A DNA stretch of 46,754 bases from a virus. Lineage: Duplodnaviria; Caudoviricetes. Location of the stretch: positions 1-46,754 of IMG/VR virus record IMGVR_UViG_3300020044_009410; one strand, 5' to 3'. The notes under the pieces were generated by a model. That model made no database searches and was not told the origin of the DNA. It saw only the letters and a list, made by a program, of their open reading frames with translations. Every line of letters begins with the position of its first letter. Position 1 is the stretch's first letter. Shown piece after piece: positions 8,596 through 16,834 of this stretch. The translations under genes were made by a program, and so were the position numbers.

Positions 8596-8623
8596 TGTTG
8601 TATTTTTGCTGTTGTATTTTTGC
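8596..8623. promoter_or_regulatory. Tandem 14-bp repeat between divergent rep and fis genes
   Basis: tgttgtatttttgc x2; shares tgtatttt core with the iterons. Confidence 0.6.
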
Positions 8624-8714
8624 TGAATTTTAAATTAATTATTGCAAAATAAAAAAGCTTGAATTAATATGTATTTAAGCAATCAAAATGCTTTTAAAAA
8701 CGAAAGGAATAAAA

Positions 8715-8972
8715 ATGGACACTGAAATTAATTTTCAAGAGGTTGCAGTAAAATGCATTGATGCGCATGTTTTAAACTTTAAAAACATTACACCAGATAA
8801 TCCTAGCACATTCTACAAAGAGTATTTAGAAATTGTTTTAACACCTTTATATGAGCGGGTAATGAAAGAAGCCAGAGGTAATCAATCAAAAGCTGCATTA
8901 ATGCTGGGCATTAATAGAAATACGTTAAGAAAAAAACTTTTAGAACTTGGCTTAATTAATAAAACTTACTGA
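8715..8972 (+). CDS. fis: Fis family DNA-binding protein
   Basis: PLYERVMKEARGNQSKAALMLGINRNTLRKKL is a near-canonical Fis HTH; AAAGGA RBS before ATG 8715. Confidence 0.9.
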   Translation: MDTEINFQEVAVKCIDAHVLNFKNITPDNPSTFYKEYLEIVLTPLYERVMKEARGNQSKAALMLGINRNTLRKKLLELGLINKTY

Positions 8973-9121
8973 AGCCACGAAAGAAGACCGCATACTTCAT
9001 CGGGGAACCAAAGAGCATAGGCAATCGTAACCTAGAAACACAAGAAAGAGAGGCAAGCAAAATGTAACCCGACACGCAAACCAAATAATAGAGACAACAT
9101 AAATTTAAAATCAGTACGTAA

Positions 9122-9260
9122 CCCAGCCGCGTAAGTGCTGGGGCTAAGATTGAAGCGGCGGCGTGGAAGGACACGCCAGAGACGGCACTTGTGGCGGTAG
9201 GCGCAAGCTGAACAACACCAGAGTGAGCTGGTATCAAGCCCAGCCCGCTTCAATGTTAGT
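9122..9260 (+). ncRNA. Candidate structured tRNA-like RNA
   Basis: Closing stem 9143-9158/9245-9260, D-like hairpin 9160-9177, T-like hairpin 9227-9244, upstream hairpin 9122-9142; GC-rich intergenic DNA. Confidence 0.6.
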
Positions 9261-9280
9261 AGTGCAACTAAGGATTGATT

Positions 9281-9595
9281 ATGCAAAATATACAAATCGT
9301 TTTTAACGTAAACCTTCCGCAAACAAATGACACTAAGAAATTTTTAAAATCTCTATTATCTATTGCTGGCTCAACTGTTGACATAAAAGTACAGCCAGGA
9401 ACAACTACTAAAACAGAGTTGTTTTATATTGAAAATCTTAAGAATTTAGGTGTTAAAGAACAGACAATAATAGAAAACACTCCAAGCCTTAGAACGTTTA
9501 AAAGAGAGTACCAGCGCAAAGACTGGAGTGAAAAGAAGTTGTTTAGGTTTAAGGAGCTTTCTAATAATAAAGTATTGGTTTTTAGATTTTATTAA
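9281..9595 (+). CDS. Hypothetical protein
   Basis: AAGGA RBS before ATG 9281. Confidence 0.7.
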   Translation: MQNIQIVFNVNLPQTNDTKKFLKSLLSIAGSTVDIKVQPGTTTKTELFYIENLKNLGVKEQTIIENTPSLRTFKREYQRKDWSEKKLFRFKELSNNKVLVFRFY

Positions 9596-9623
9596 TAATT
9601 TCAGTACAACTAAGGGGATTTAA

Positions 9624-9806
9624 ATGGAACTTGAAAAAATAAACGAAGAACTACCAGAGCATGACAAAACAAGTTGCGATGATATAAACCTACAGAATAA
9701 AGGGTTTAGTTTTGATGGTGGGTATGTTTGGTGCAGGCGGTGTATGGCGTTGTATATACATAGATTAGAAAACGAAAGGAATAAAAATGAGCCTCCAAAT
9801 AATTGA
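9624..9806 (+). CDS. Hypothetical Cys-containing protein
   Basis: GGGGA RBS; H..SC...CRRC possible metal site. Confidence 0.65.
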   Translation: MELEKINEELPEHDKTSCDDINLQNKGFSFDGGYVWCRRCMALYIHRLENERNKNEPPNN

Positions 9807-10134
9807 TGAAATGATAACAGAGCTTTACATCCTAAAAGAAGATATTGAAAACAAAGCGGTAGACATTGAATATGCTATTGAAGGGCTTGCCAGGATATTG
9901 CCAAAGCTTGACCAGGCATATAAATCAATGCAATGGCAGCCGATTGAGAACGCCCCAAAGGACAAGTTGATCAGATGTTGGTGTGGAGATAGCAAAGAAG
10001 GCCGAGAGGTTAATCTATTCTATAGCTCAACAAATGGGTGGTGGGTATGTGGTGATACAGGAACAGTTCTAGCCCCTATGTTTGAGCAGCCTACTTACTG
10101 GATGGAAAAGACACAGCCACCGAAGGAAATTTAA
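9787..10134 (+). CDS. DUF551-like protein
   Basis: QWQPIENAPKD...PTYWME..QPP. Confidence 0.7.
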   Translation: MSLQIIDEMITELYILKEDIENKAVDIEYAIEGLARILPKLDQAYKSMQWQPIENAPKDKLIRCWCGDSKEGREVNLFYSSTNGWWVCGDTGTVLAPMFEQPTYWMEKTQPPKEI

Positions 10135-10461
10135 ATGGAACTTGAAGATGCAATTAAAAACATTGATGAAGCGATAGACGATGGATTTTTGCAGTTTTGC
10201 TATAGCCTCAATGCTTTACAAATATTAGTTGATTTTGCCAAGTCTATGCAATGGCAGCCGATTGAGACTTTGCCACAAAGAGAATTAGTCTTGATGAGGT
10301 GCGCAGGCAGTGACGTTCCTTTTGTAGGTAGCTTTTTCTGTGGAAATTTTTTTGAAAATTACGAACATATTGCCATCGTTGGCGAGGGGGTAGAGGTTAG
10401 CACTAAAGTTGAAGCTACGCCAACCCACTGGATGCCATTACCACAACCACCGAAGGAGTGA
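10135..10461 (+). CDS. DUF551-like protein
   Basis: QWQPIETLP...PTHWMPLPQPP. Confidence 0.8.
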   Translation: MELEDAIKNIDEAIDDGFLQFCYSLNALQILVDFAKSMQWQPIETLPQRELVLMRCAGSDVPFVGSFFCGNFFENYEHIAIVGEGVEVSTKVEATPTHWMPLPQPPKE

Positions 10462-10464
10462 TGA

Positions 10465-10557
10465 ATGAGAACAGCAGATTTAGCATTAATTGTATGTTTT
10501 TTGGTTTTGTTTGCGGCGATTTGTTTTGCGATTTTATTGCCGTTTTTTGAGTTTTGA
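10465..10557 (+). CDS. 30-aa hydrophobic peptide (not in ORF track)
   Basis: AAGGAG RBS; MRTADLALIVCFLVLFAAICFAILLPFFEF. Confidence 0.6.
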   Translation: MRTADLALIVCFLVLFAAICFAILLPFFEF

Positions 10558-10567
10558 AGGAGTGATT

Positions 10568-10930
10568 ATGAAAATAGAACTTAATTTAAAAAATGACGAG
10601 CTTAATGCAGAAATTAAAAAACTTGTTGAGGCGCATTGCAAAACGATTATTCGGGAAGAATTAAGCAAGCTAATCGATTTAAATTTAAATCTTAAAAAAA
10701 TAACAAATGAACTTATGGAAAGAATAGTTAGCGAGACAAGATCAAATAAAGATTTAGCTACAGCAATTTGCGCTCACATTGGCAGCTTTGAGCCTGAATT
10801 TATGAAAATTGTAAGGGAAGAGGTTGGAGTTAGACTTGATTCAAGAGAGTATCTTCTGACCGACGCAATGGAAAAGATTTTAAACCTAAAAGCAGACAAA
10901 ATTATAGAGATAAGAGGTCTCCTTAAATGA
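10568..10930 (+). CDS. Hypothetical protein
   Basis: AAGGAG RBS before ATG 10568. Confidence 0.75.
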   Translation: MKIELNLKNDELNAEIKKLVEAHCKTIIREELSKLIDLNLNLKKITNELMERIVSETRSNKDLATAICAHIGSFEPEFMKIVREEVGVRLDSREYLLTDAMEKILNLKADKIIEIRGLLK

Positions 10931-11109
10931 AAGAACATCACTTCAATCCCAACGGATGCAACATTTCTGATTTTTTCAATAAGGATATGCATGGCACTTC
11001 TAAAACAACAGCACCGACTGATGAAAACAAAAAACGGATTGTGAAAATTATTTCAGATAGTTTTACAGTACAACACAAAAAACAATCTTGCAATAACACC
11101 AAAGGATGA
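10927..11109 (+). CDS. Hypothetical protein
   Basis: GAGG RBS, ATGA-type coupling. Confidence 0.5.
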   Translation: MKEHHFNPNGCNISDFFNKDMHGTSKTTAPTDENKKRIVKIISDSFTVQHKKQSCNNTKG

Positions 11110-11112
11110 AAA

Positions 11113-11796
11113 ATGAAAGAACGCCCAATACTTTTTAACGCCGAAATGGTAAGAGCCATTTTGGACGGCAGGAAAACGCAGACAAGGCGACTGTTGAAGC
11201 CGCAACCTGCGGGCGGTCTAAACTTTGCGGGCTGGTGCATTGCAAGTAGCGAACCAAAAGACGAAGGGAAAGCAAATTTTGCACGAGGGGAGCATCCGTT
11301 TTTGACTGATACTCAAAGATTTAGATGCCCACTCGGCAAACCTGGCGACGTACTTTGGGTGCGTGAGACTTGGCAACCTAAATCTGCTTATTGGTGGGAT
11401 ATGTTGAGTTCTGGGAAAGATAGAACAAATGTAGCAGTAAATAACGCGGTTACATTCGCAGCAACTTGCCCTGCGCCAGAGCATCAGGGTCGTTGGAAAC
11501 CAAGTATCCACATGCCACGCTGGGCATCACGCATAGATTTATTGATCAAAGATGTGAGGATTGAGAGGTTGCAGGATATTAGCGAGGAGGATGCAAGAGC
11601 AGAGGGTAGTTATTTAAGGAGGTGTGACTGCTCGACGATGCAATCAAAGCCAAAAACACCTATAGAAGCACTTTTTATTCAGCATTGGTGTATGTACCAC
11701 GGAACTGAATTTAAAAAGCTATGGAATGACCTTTACAAAAACTGGGACGCTAACCCTTGGGTATGGGTGATTGATTTTGAGAAAATTAAGGGGTGA
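11113..11796 (+). CDS. ASCH-like phage protein
   Basis: MKERPILF..EMVRAILDGRKTQTRR, GDVLWVRETW, WKPSIHMPRWASRI, ERLQDIS, NPWVWV. Confidence 0.85.
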   Translation: MKERPILFNAEMVRAILDGRKTQTRRLLKPQPAGGLNFAGWCIASSEPKDEGKANFARGEHPFLTDTQRFRCPLGKPGDVLWVRETWQPKSAYWWDMLSSGKDRTNVAVNNAVTFAATCPAPEHQGRWKPSIHMPRWASRIDLLIKDVRIERLQDISEEDARAEGSYLRRCDCSTMQSKPKTPIEALFIQHWCMYHGTEFKKLWNDLYKNWDANPWVWVIDFEKIKG

Positions 11797-11798
11797 TT

Positions 11799-11972
11799 AT
11801 GTTCATTTATACTACTCAAGATATTGGGCTGCTATTCCTTTTTGCGATTGCTTCATTTGTTCTTGTTTGCTATTTAATGCATAAGCCCGTGATTTATTTG
11901 TTTTATTTGATTGTTAAGCATCCAATATATTTTGCCATGTTATTAATTTGTTCGTGTTTATTTTTTTTATGA
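11799..11972 (+). CDS. 57-aa hydrophobic membrane protein (not in ORF track)
   Basis: AGGGG RBS; MFIYTTQDIGLLFLFAIASFVLVCYL... Confidence 0.55.
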   Translation: MFIYTTQDIGLLFLFAIASFVLVCYLMHKPVIYLFYLIVKHPIYFAMLLICSCLFFL

Positions 11973-11987
11973 TTTTATTATTAAAAA

Positions 11988-12326
11988 GTGATTATGATTA
12001 TGAAACTTAATATGTCAAAATCTAATTATTTGATTTGCAAATGGAATTTAATTGTAATAGAACTCCTTAATGAGCTTGATGCAAGTAAGGAGGTTTCCTA
12101 TGTTTGCGGCGCGTATTCAAAAGAACTCGCGCATACTTTTAACTTCCTTCCTCTTATCGATAAAAAAACTGGTATAAATTTTTCGGATAATGTTAACTAT
12201 AAATTTTACCTAGATTTTATATATGACGCTTTAGGCTTATCTTATGGTGACTTAATGAAAATACATAAAAACACAGTAGAAGAATTTGAAAAGACAAATA
12301 TTGGTTATAAAATTGTTGAGGAGTAA
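11988..12326 (+). CDS. Hypothetical protein
   Basis: About 110 aa, start uncertain. Confidence 0.6.
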   Translation: MIMIMKLNMSKSNYLICKWNLIVIELLNELDASKEVSYVCGAYSKELAHTFNFLPLIDKKTGINFSDNVNYKFYLDFIYDALGLSYGDLMKIHKNTVEEFEKTNIGYKIVEE

Positions 12327-12328
12327 TT

Positions 12329-12514
12329 ATGCCAGATATCTCGATGTGCGAACAAAAAGAATGTCCACGATCAAATGAGTGCTATAGGTTTACTGCGAAG
12401 CCAAATGATTTTGTTCAGGTATATTTTGTTCAGGTAAATTTTGTGCCAAAAGTTGAGGGCTGCGAATATTTTATTGATAACAAACAATATGCAAGAGGAG
12501 CGAGTAATGAATAG
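12329..12514 (+). CDS. Small Cys-rich phage protein
   Basis: MPDISMC....CP....CYRF...CEYF; GAGGAG RBS. Confidence 0.75.
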   Translation: MPDISMCEQKECPRSNECYRFTAKPNDFVQVYFVQVNFVPKVEGCEYFIDNKQYARGASNE

Positions 12515-12713
12515 ACTTGATGAAGTTCTGGAAGTAATCGACATAAAAGCCCTTGGTTTTTATTTGCAAAGAAATGATAAAAAAGACGTTAATAATTTCG
12601 TAAATACTTTCCTGGAGATAGCAAACTCAATACAACTGGGTATTGGTGCGGTAGATAGCATGATTGAAAGCATTAAAAAGACAATCGAAGGTGAAGACAA
12701 TGCCAGGGAATAA
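12507..12713 (+). CDS. Hypothetical protein
   Basis: GAGGAG RBS before ATG 12507. Confidence 0.65.
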   Translation: MNRLDEVLEVIDIKALGFYLQRNDKKDVNNFVNTFLEIANSIQLGIGAVDSMIESIKKTIEGEDNARE

Positions 12714-13125
12714 GAAACCAAGAAAGAAGATGCAACGCAAAGAGGTTAAGATACCAATCACTGGGCTACATTCTGAAATTGCATTACAACTCCATGGCAG
12801 CTTGGTTGCATTGAGATTAAACCCAAATGAAGAGGCTTTTTGCGCGGCTGCACAGATTTTTAATGTAGTTGGCTTAGCGTTGATGGGCAGTAAGTTTAAA
12901 ACTGAATCTAGGGTTGTTGACGGGGCTGTAAGGACTATGAATGTTGTGTCAGCAAAGTTGGATAATATCATTGCAGGTCATCAAAGTATATTGTCAGCAG
13001 AAATGCAAACAATAATCAATGGTGCAAATGCAATTGATAGCGTTTTGCCAAAGCTGACAGTGAATGAGCTGTATAAAGCGATGCAATTTGTCAATAAATT
13101 AAAAATGGAGAATGTAGATGGATGA
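12700..13125 (+). CDS. Hypothetical phage protein
   Basis: AAGGTG RBS; MPGNKKPRKK basic N-terminus. Confidence 0.75.
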   Translation: MPGNKKPRKKMQRKEVKIPITGLHSEIALQLHGSLVALRLNPNEEAFCAAAQIFNVVGLALMGSKFKTESRVVDGAVRTMNVVSAKLDNIIAGHQSILSAEMQTIINGANAIDSVLPKLTVNELYKAMQFVNKLKMENVDG

Positions 13126-13495
13126 TATAGAATTGCTTGAGTTTGCTGCAAAAGCGTGTGGGTATAAGTATTCTTTTGGTTATAGCAATGATGAATCGCT
13201 TGCAATCAGATATGGCATGACTAAAGCATTATGGGTTGAAGACCTTGATGAGGATAGTGACGATCATACATTCTATTGGAATCCTTTGGAAGATGATGCG
13301 CAAGCATTTAAACTTTTTGTCAAGCTAGGCATGAATGTTAGCATTTATGGAGATTGCGCAAACGTATTTTTATTCTCGCCAAATGGATGGTATAGCAAAC
13401 AATCTGAATTGTACAATAAATACAATGATGACAGGTATGCAGCAACGCGCCGCGCTATAGTCCGCACTGCCGCAGAAATCGGAAGGAGAATGTAG
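13118..13495 (+). CDS. Conserved-looking phage protein (NinX-like pattern)
   Basis: ELLEFAAKA...WNPLEDDAQAF...ATRRAIVRTAAEIG. Confidence 0.7.
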   Translation: MDDIELLEFAAKACGYKYSFGYSNDESLAIRYGMTKALWVEDLDEDSDDHTFYWNPLEDDAQAFKLFVKLGMNVSIYGDCANVFLFSPNGWYSKQSELYNKYNDDRYAATRRAIVRTAAEIGRRM

Positions 13496-13665
13496 ATGCC
13501 CAACTCAATAGAGATTGAAAGAGCGATAAAGATTTGTAAATTACTTGCCGTTGATTGGCAAGTAAAAACCAGTTAAACCAACTATTTTTAGAGCAATCTT
13601 TAGCAATTAGGCAACTAATTGATTATATAGAGAAAACTAAAAATAACTAACATAAACAAAAAGGA

Positions 13666-14316
13666 ATGATCATGGAAAAAAAGGCAATCTACGAATCTCT
13701 AAATGCGATAGCAACAGAGCTAAGCAAGTATGGCATTTCTAAAGATAGGAAAAACCAACATCAAGGCTACATGTTTAGGGGGATTGATGAGGTTTATAAT
13801 GTGGTTAGTTCAATCTTAGCTGCGAACAAAGTAATAATCAAGCCAGATGTTACAGAGCATTCAAGACATGAAGTTACAAACACGAAAGGGACATTAACCT
13901 TTTATCACTACATAAAAATAAAATATACTGTTCTATCCCTAATAGACGGCTCAACAATTGAGAGTCAATGGGTATCAGAAAGCATGGACACATCTGATAA
14001 AGGGTTAAGTAAAGCACTTTCCAACGCATATAAAACCCTGCTATTCCAATTGTTTTGCATCCCAATCGAAGGTGTAAACCCAGAGGATGACGACCACCAA
14101 GTTACGGCTTCGGATGCTCAAAAAATTCCAACTTTTCAAGACGTTATTGGGGCATTTGATCATTCGTTAGTTTCTAGCAAACTACGAGAGCTGCATTTGA
14201 AGTTGCACGGAACAGAAATGGAGGGCAATAGTTCAGAGGCTTTTTTCAATTCTCAGACAGATAAGATGAAGCAATCTATATTTAAACGGCTAAGTGACCT
14301 ATCAAACGGGGGTTAA
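13666..14316 (+). CDS. erf: ERF-family single-strand annealing protein
   Basis: GISKDRKNQHQGYMFRGIDEVYN...DGS...ESMDTSDKG.SKA.S.AYK..LFQLFCIP. Confidence 0.85.
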   Translation: MIMEKKAIYESLNAIATELSKYGISKDRKNQHQGYMFRGIDEVYNVVSSILAANKVIIKPDVTEHSRHEVTNTKGTLTFYHYIKIKYTVLSLIDGSTIESQWVSESMDTSDKGLSKALSNAYKTLLFQLFCIPIEGVNPEDDDHQVTASDAQKIPTFQDVIGAFDHSLVSSKLRELHLKLHGTEMEGNSSEAFFNSQTDKMKQSIFKRLSDLSNGG

Positions 14317-14317
14317 T

Positions 14318-14968
14318 ATGAATCGCCTTTTAGCTAAGCGCATGTTAAAAGGTGAAAGCGTCAGTCTGATGGAGATAATCTTCAGAAGGTTTGACGCATT
14401 CTTCCCTGGCAGGTTTTCAAAAATGTTTTCAAGTCAGGGTCAAAAAGCCAACTGGATAGAGGTTTGGGCAGAGGCACTTGATTCCGAAGGGGTAACAGAT
14501 GATGAGATACGGGTCGGGCTAAAAGCAGTCCAAAATAACTCTCAGTTTGTACCGTCTCTAGGAGAGTTTATTAAACTGTGTAGACCTCCTATAGATTATT
14601 TTTCAGAGCTAGCTTATTGCAAGGAACAATGGGCAAACAGAGCATCTGGAAAGCCAGAGCATTGGAAGAATTCTATATTTTTTTGGGCAACATCAAGATT
14701 AAGTTTTGAAATATCGAATTACCCTGAACTGGTAAATGAAAAAAGATTTGAATCAGAATGCAAGCTAGTTGGCAACATGATAAAAAACGGGATTCTTCAA
14801 AATGAGATACCGAAATTTGCGCCCCAACTTTTCTACAAAGAAAGCGCGTTTGACAAAGAAAAGGCGAGGAAGCGAATGGAAGAGATTATGAAAATAATAA
14901 AAAAACCCGCCGAAGCGGGAAAGGAGCAATATGACAAAACAAAATTAAATATAACTGATGAGAGTTAG
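14318..14968 (+). CDS. Lambda P-like replication protein (helicase loader)
   Basis: IFRRF...W.EVWAEAL..EGVT.DEIRVGL...F.PSLGEFIKLCRP. Confidence 0.7.
   Translation: MNRLLAKRMLKGESVSLMEIIFRRFDAFFPGRFSKMFSSQGQKANWIEVWAEALDSEGVTDDEIRVGLKAVQNNSQFVPSLGEFIKLCRPPIDYFSELAYCKEQWANRASGKPEHWKNSIFFWATSRLSFEISNYPELVNEKRFESECKLVGNMIKNGILQNEIPKFAPQLFYKESAFDKEKARKRMEEIMKIIKKPAEAGKEQYDKTKLNITDES
14899..14919 (-). terminator. Intrinsic terminator on the minus strand
   Basis: CCCGC-TTCG-GCGGG followed by T7 on the minus strand. Confidence 0.7.
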
Positions 14969-15212
14969 AATGTCAACAAAAATTTGTGATTGCTCCAGAG
15001 ATAAAACAATACAGCTTGAACTTGGTGGAGTATGTTGCTCGTTTTGTGAAAAACATAGAGCTGAATGCGAGGCTAGATATGTTCTTAACATGCCAACAAA
15101 AGTAAAGCGTAATATATATCTATCAAATGTTGAGGAAAAAAGAGGCTTACAGTCAAGGAATGCTTTACAAAAAATGGCACTTCTTATTTACCAAAAAAGG
15201 AAGCAAAAATGA
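14958..15212 (+). CDS. Hypothetical phage protein
   Basis: HRAECEARYVL...YL..VEEKRG motif. Confidence 0.7.
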   Translation: MRVRMSTKICDCSRDKTIQLELGGVCCSFCEKHRAECEARYVLNMPTKVKRNIYLSNVEEKRGLQSRNALQKMALLIYQKRKQK

Positions 15213-15886
15213 AATTTATTAGCGAAGAAAGTTATTATTTCAAGCAGCGGTCTGCTGAATGGCATGAGGCAAGAATGGGGATATTAACAGCAAGCAATTT
15301 TTACGAAGCAGTTAGATACTTAAAGAATGGCAACCGCCCAGCCAATCGCTTCCATTTAATGAAAAGAATGAGTTTAGAACTTATATCAGGAGACCTTCAA
15401 GGAACGTATGTTAATGATGCAATGCGACATGGTACAGAGATGGAAGAGGAGGTTATAAACCATCTTATATTGAACGAGCCAGGCGTAGTAGACAATACTT
15501 CATTTAAGCGCGTTCTAACTGATAGTGGGTATATCGGCATATCACCAGACCTGGTGATGCTGCACAATGGGATGAGGATTGGGTACGAAGTAAAATGCCC
15601 TTATACAGTAAGTTCGTTTGAAAAATTTAATGATGGAGTGCCAGAAATATACCTGTATCAATGTTTGGCATATATTGTGTTGCTAGAATGCGACGAAGTA
15701 AATTTAATCGCTTGCATGAGAAATGGTAATGATCTAACATTCATTAAACATAAATTAAAAAAAGAAGAATACAAAGAAGAGATAAAAAAAATGAAAAATG
15801 AGATAGCTTTATTTTTAAAGGAGTTTAGTGATTTTAATAAAGAAATTAGGGAGAATTGTAATGTTGATGTGGAGAGAGCTTATTGA
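15209..15886 (+). CDS. YqaJ/lambda-exonuclease family protein
   Basis: QRSAEWHEARMG.LTAS, AMRHGTEME, ISPD, EVKCP, YLYQC. Confidence 0.9.
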   Translation: MKFISEESYYFKQRSAEWHEARMGILTASNFYEAVRYLKNGNRPANRFHLMKRMSLELISGDLQGTYVNDAMRHGTEMEEEVINHLILNEPGVVDNTSFKRVLTDSGYIGISPDLVMLHNGMRIGYEVKCPYTVSSFEKFNDGVPEIYLYQCLAYIVLLECDEVNLIACMRNGNDLTFIKHKLKKEEYKEEIKKMKNEIALFLKEFSDFNKEIRENCNVDVERAY

Positions 15887-16022
15887 TAATGGGAAAGCAT
15901 CAAGACACATCTGGTGCGGGCAATACATGAACATAGACGGCGTTACAATGCTTTGTTATTACGATGAGTACGATATGCTGTACCCATTTTTCGGTAAAGT
16001 TCATAGTTTTATATCTAAATGA
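15861..16022 (+). CDS. Hypothetical protein
   Basis: GGGAG RBS; fills gap before ssb. Confidence 0.45.
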   Translation: MLMWRELIDNGKASRHIWCGQYMNIDGVTMLCYYDEYDMLYPFFGKVHSFISK

Positions 16023-16046
16023 AGTCTAATTAATTAAAGGACGGTT

Positions 16047-16496
16047 ATGGCATCAGTAAATAAATGGATTGGAATTGGCAACCTTGGGAAAGACCCAGAG
16101 ACTCGTTATAGTGCAGACGGCGCAGCAATTACAAATATATCAATTGCATGCACAGAATCATATAAAGACAAGTCTGGTCAGAAACAAGAAAAGACAGAGT
16201 GGATAAAAGTTTCATTTTTTGGGAAGATTGCTGAAATTGCTGGTCAGTACCTTAAAAAAGGGTCTTCTGTTTACATTGAGGGGAAAATACAGACCAGGAA
16301 ATGGCAAAACAAAGAAGGGGTTGATCAATATACTACAGAGATTGTTGCAAGCAGCCTGCAAATGCTTGGAGCTAAGGGCGAAGCCTCAAAAACAGATAGT
16401 GACGATGATGGTTTTAGCACGGCTCCTCCAAAAAAAACAAGACCAAAGACGTCAAGTAATAACATTGCTGATATGGATGATGATGTACCGTTCTAA
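16047..16496 (+). CDS. ssb: Single-stranded DNA-binding protein
   Basis: [12 protein letters not shown]...[18 protein letters not shown]; C-terminal DDDVPF. Confidence 0.97.
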   Translation: MASVNKWIGIGNLGKDPETRYSADGAAITNISIACTESYKDKSGQKQEKTEWIKVSFFGKIAEIAGQYLKKGSSVYIEGKIQTRKWQNKEGVDQYTTEIVASSLQMLGAKGEASKTDSDDDGFSTAPPKKTRPKTSSNNIADMDDDVPF

Positions 16497-16516
16497 TTAT
16501 TGATGAGGATATTTAA

Positions 16517-16798
16517 ATGGAAAATAACAAAGAATTATCTAAAAGAGCTTTGGAGTGGGTAGCTTTTTCTGATGATGTTAAATCGCATATTGAGCAGTAC
16601 ACTGTTCCGCAATATGGAGATTATCCGCATGACCAAGCAACAGAATGGACAGCACAACAGTGCGTTGATAGCATTAAAAGATATGCTAATAGACATGGTA
16701 GAAACGCAAGGGAAGGGCAGGATTTATTGGACATGATAAAGATTGCTCATTATGCATGTTTGGCTTGCATGAAGATGTTGGATAAAAACGACAAATAA
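16517..16798 (+). CDS. Hypothetical protein, weakly DUF3310-like
   Basis: IKRYANRHG...DMIKIAHY resembles the KY..R.G...DL.KA.HY pattern. Confidence 0.5.
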   Translation: MENNKELSKRALEWVAFSDDVKSHIEQYTVPQYGDYPHDQATEWTAQQCVDSIKRYANRHGRNAREGQDLLDMIKIAHYACLACMKMLDKNDK

Positions 16799-16834
16799 AA
16801 TATCTTTAGTTTGATTAATTTTATGGGGATTTAA

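Noticed and set aside
9143-9260. Canonical tRNA gene
   Set aside because: No 7-nt anticodon loop, 8-nt non-TTC T-loop, no CCA; reported as tRNA-like instead
8956-9322. Minus-strand ORFs 8956..9237 and 9032..9322
   Set aside because: No RBS, atypical composition, antisense to flanking genes and explained by the GC-rich structured region
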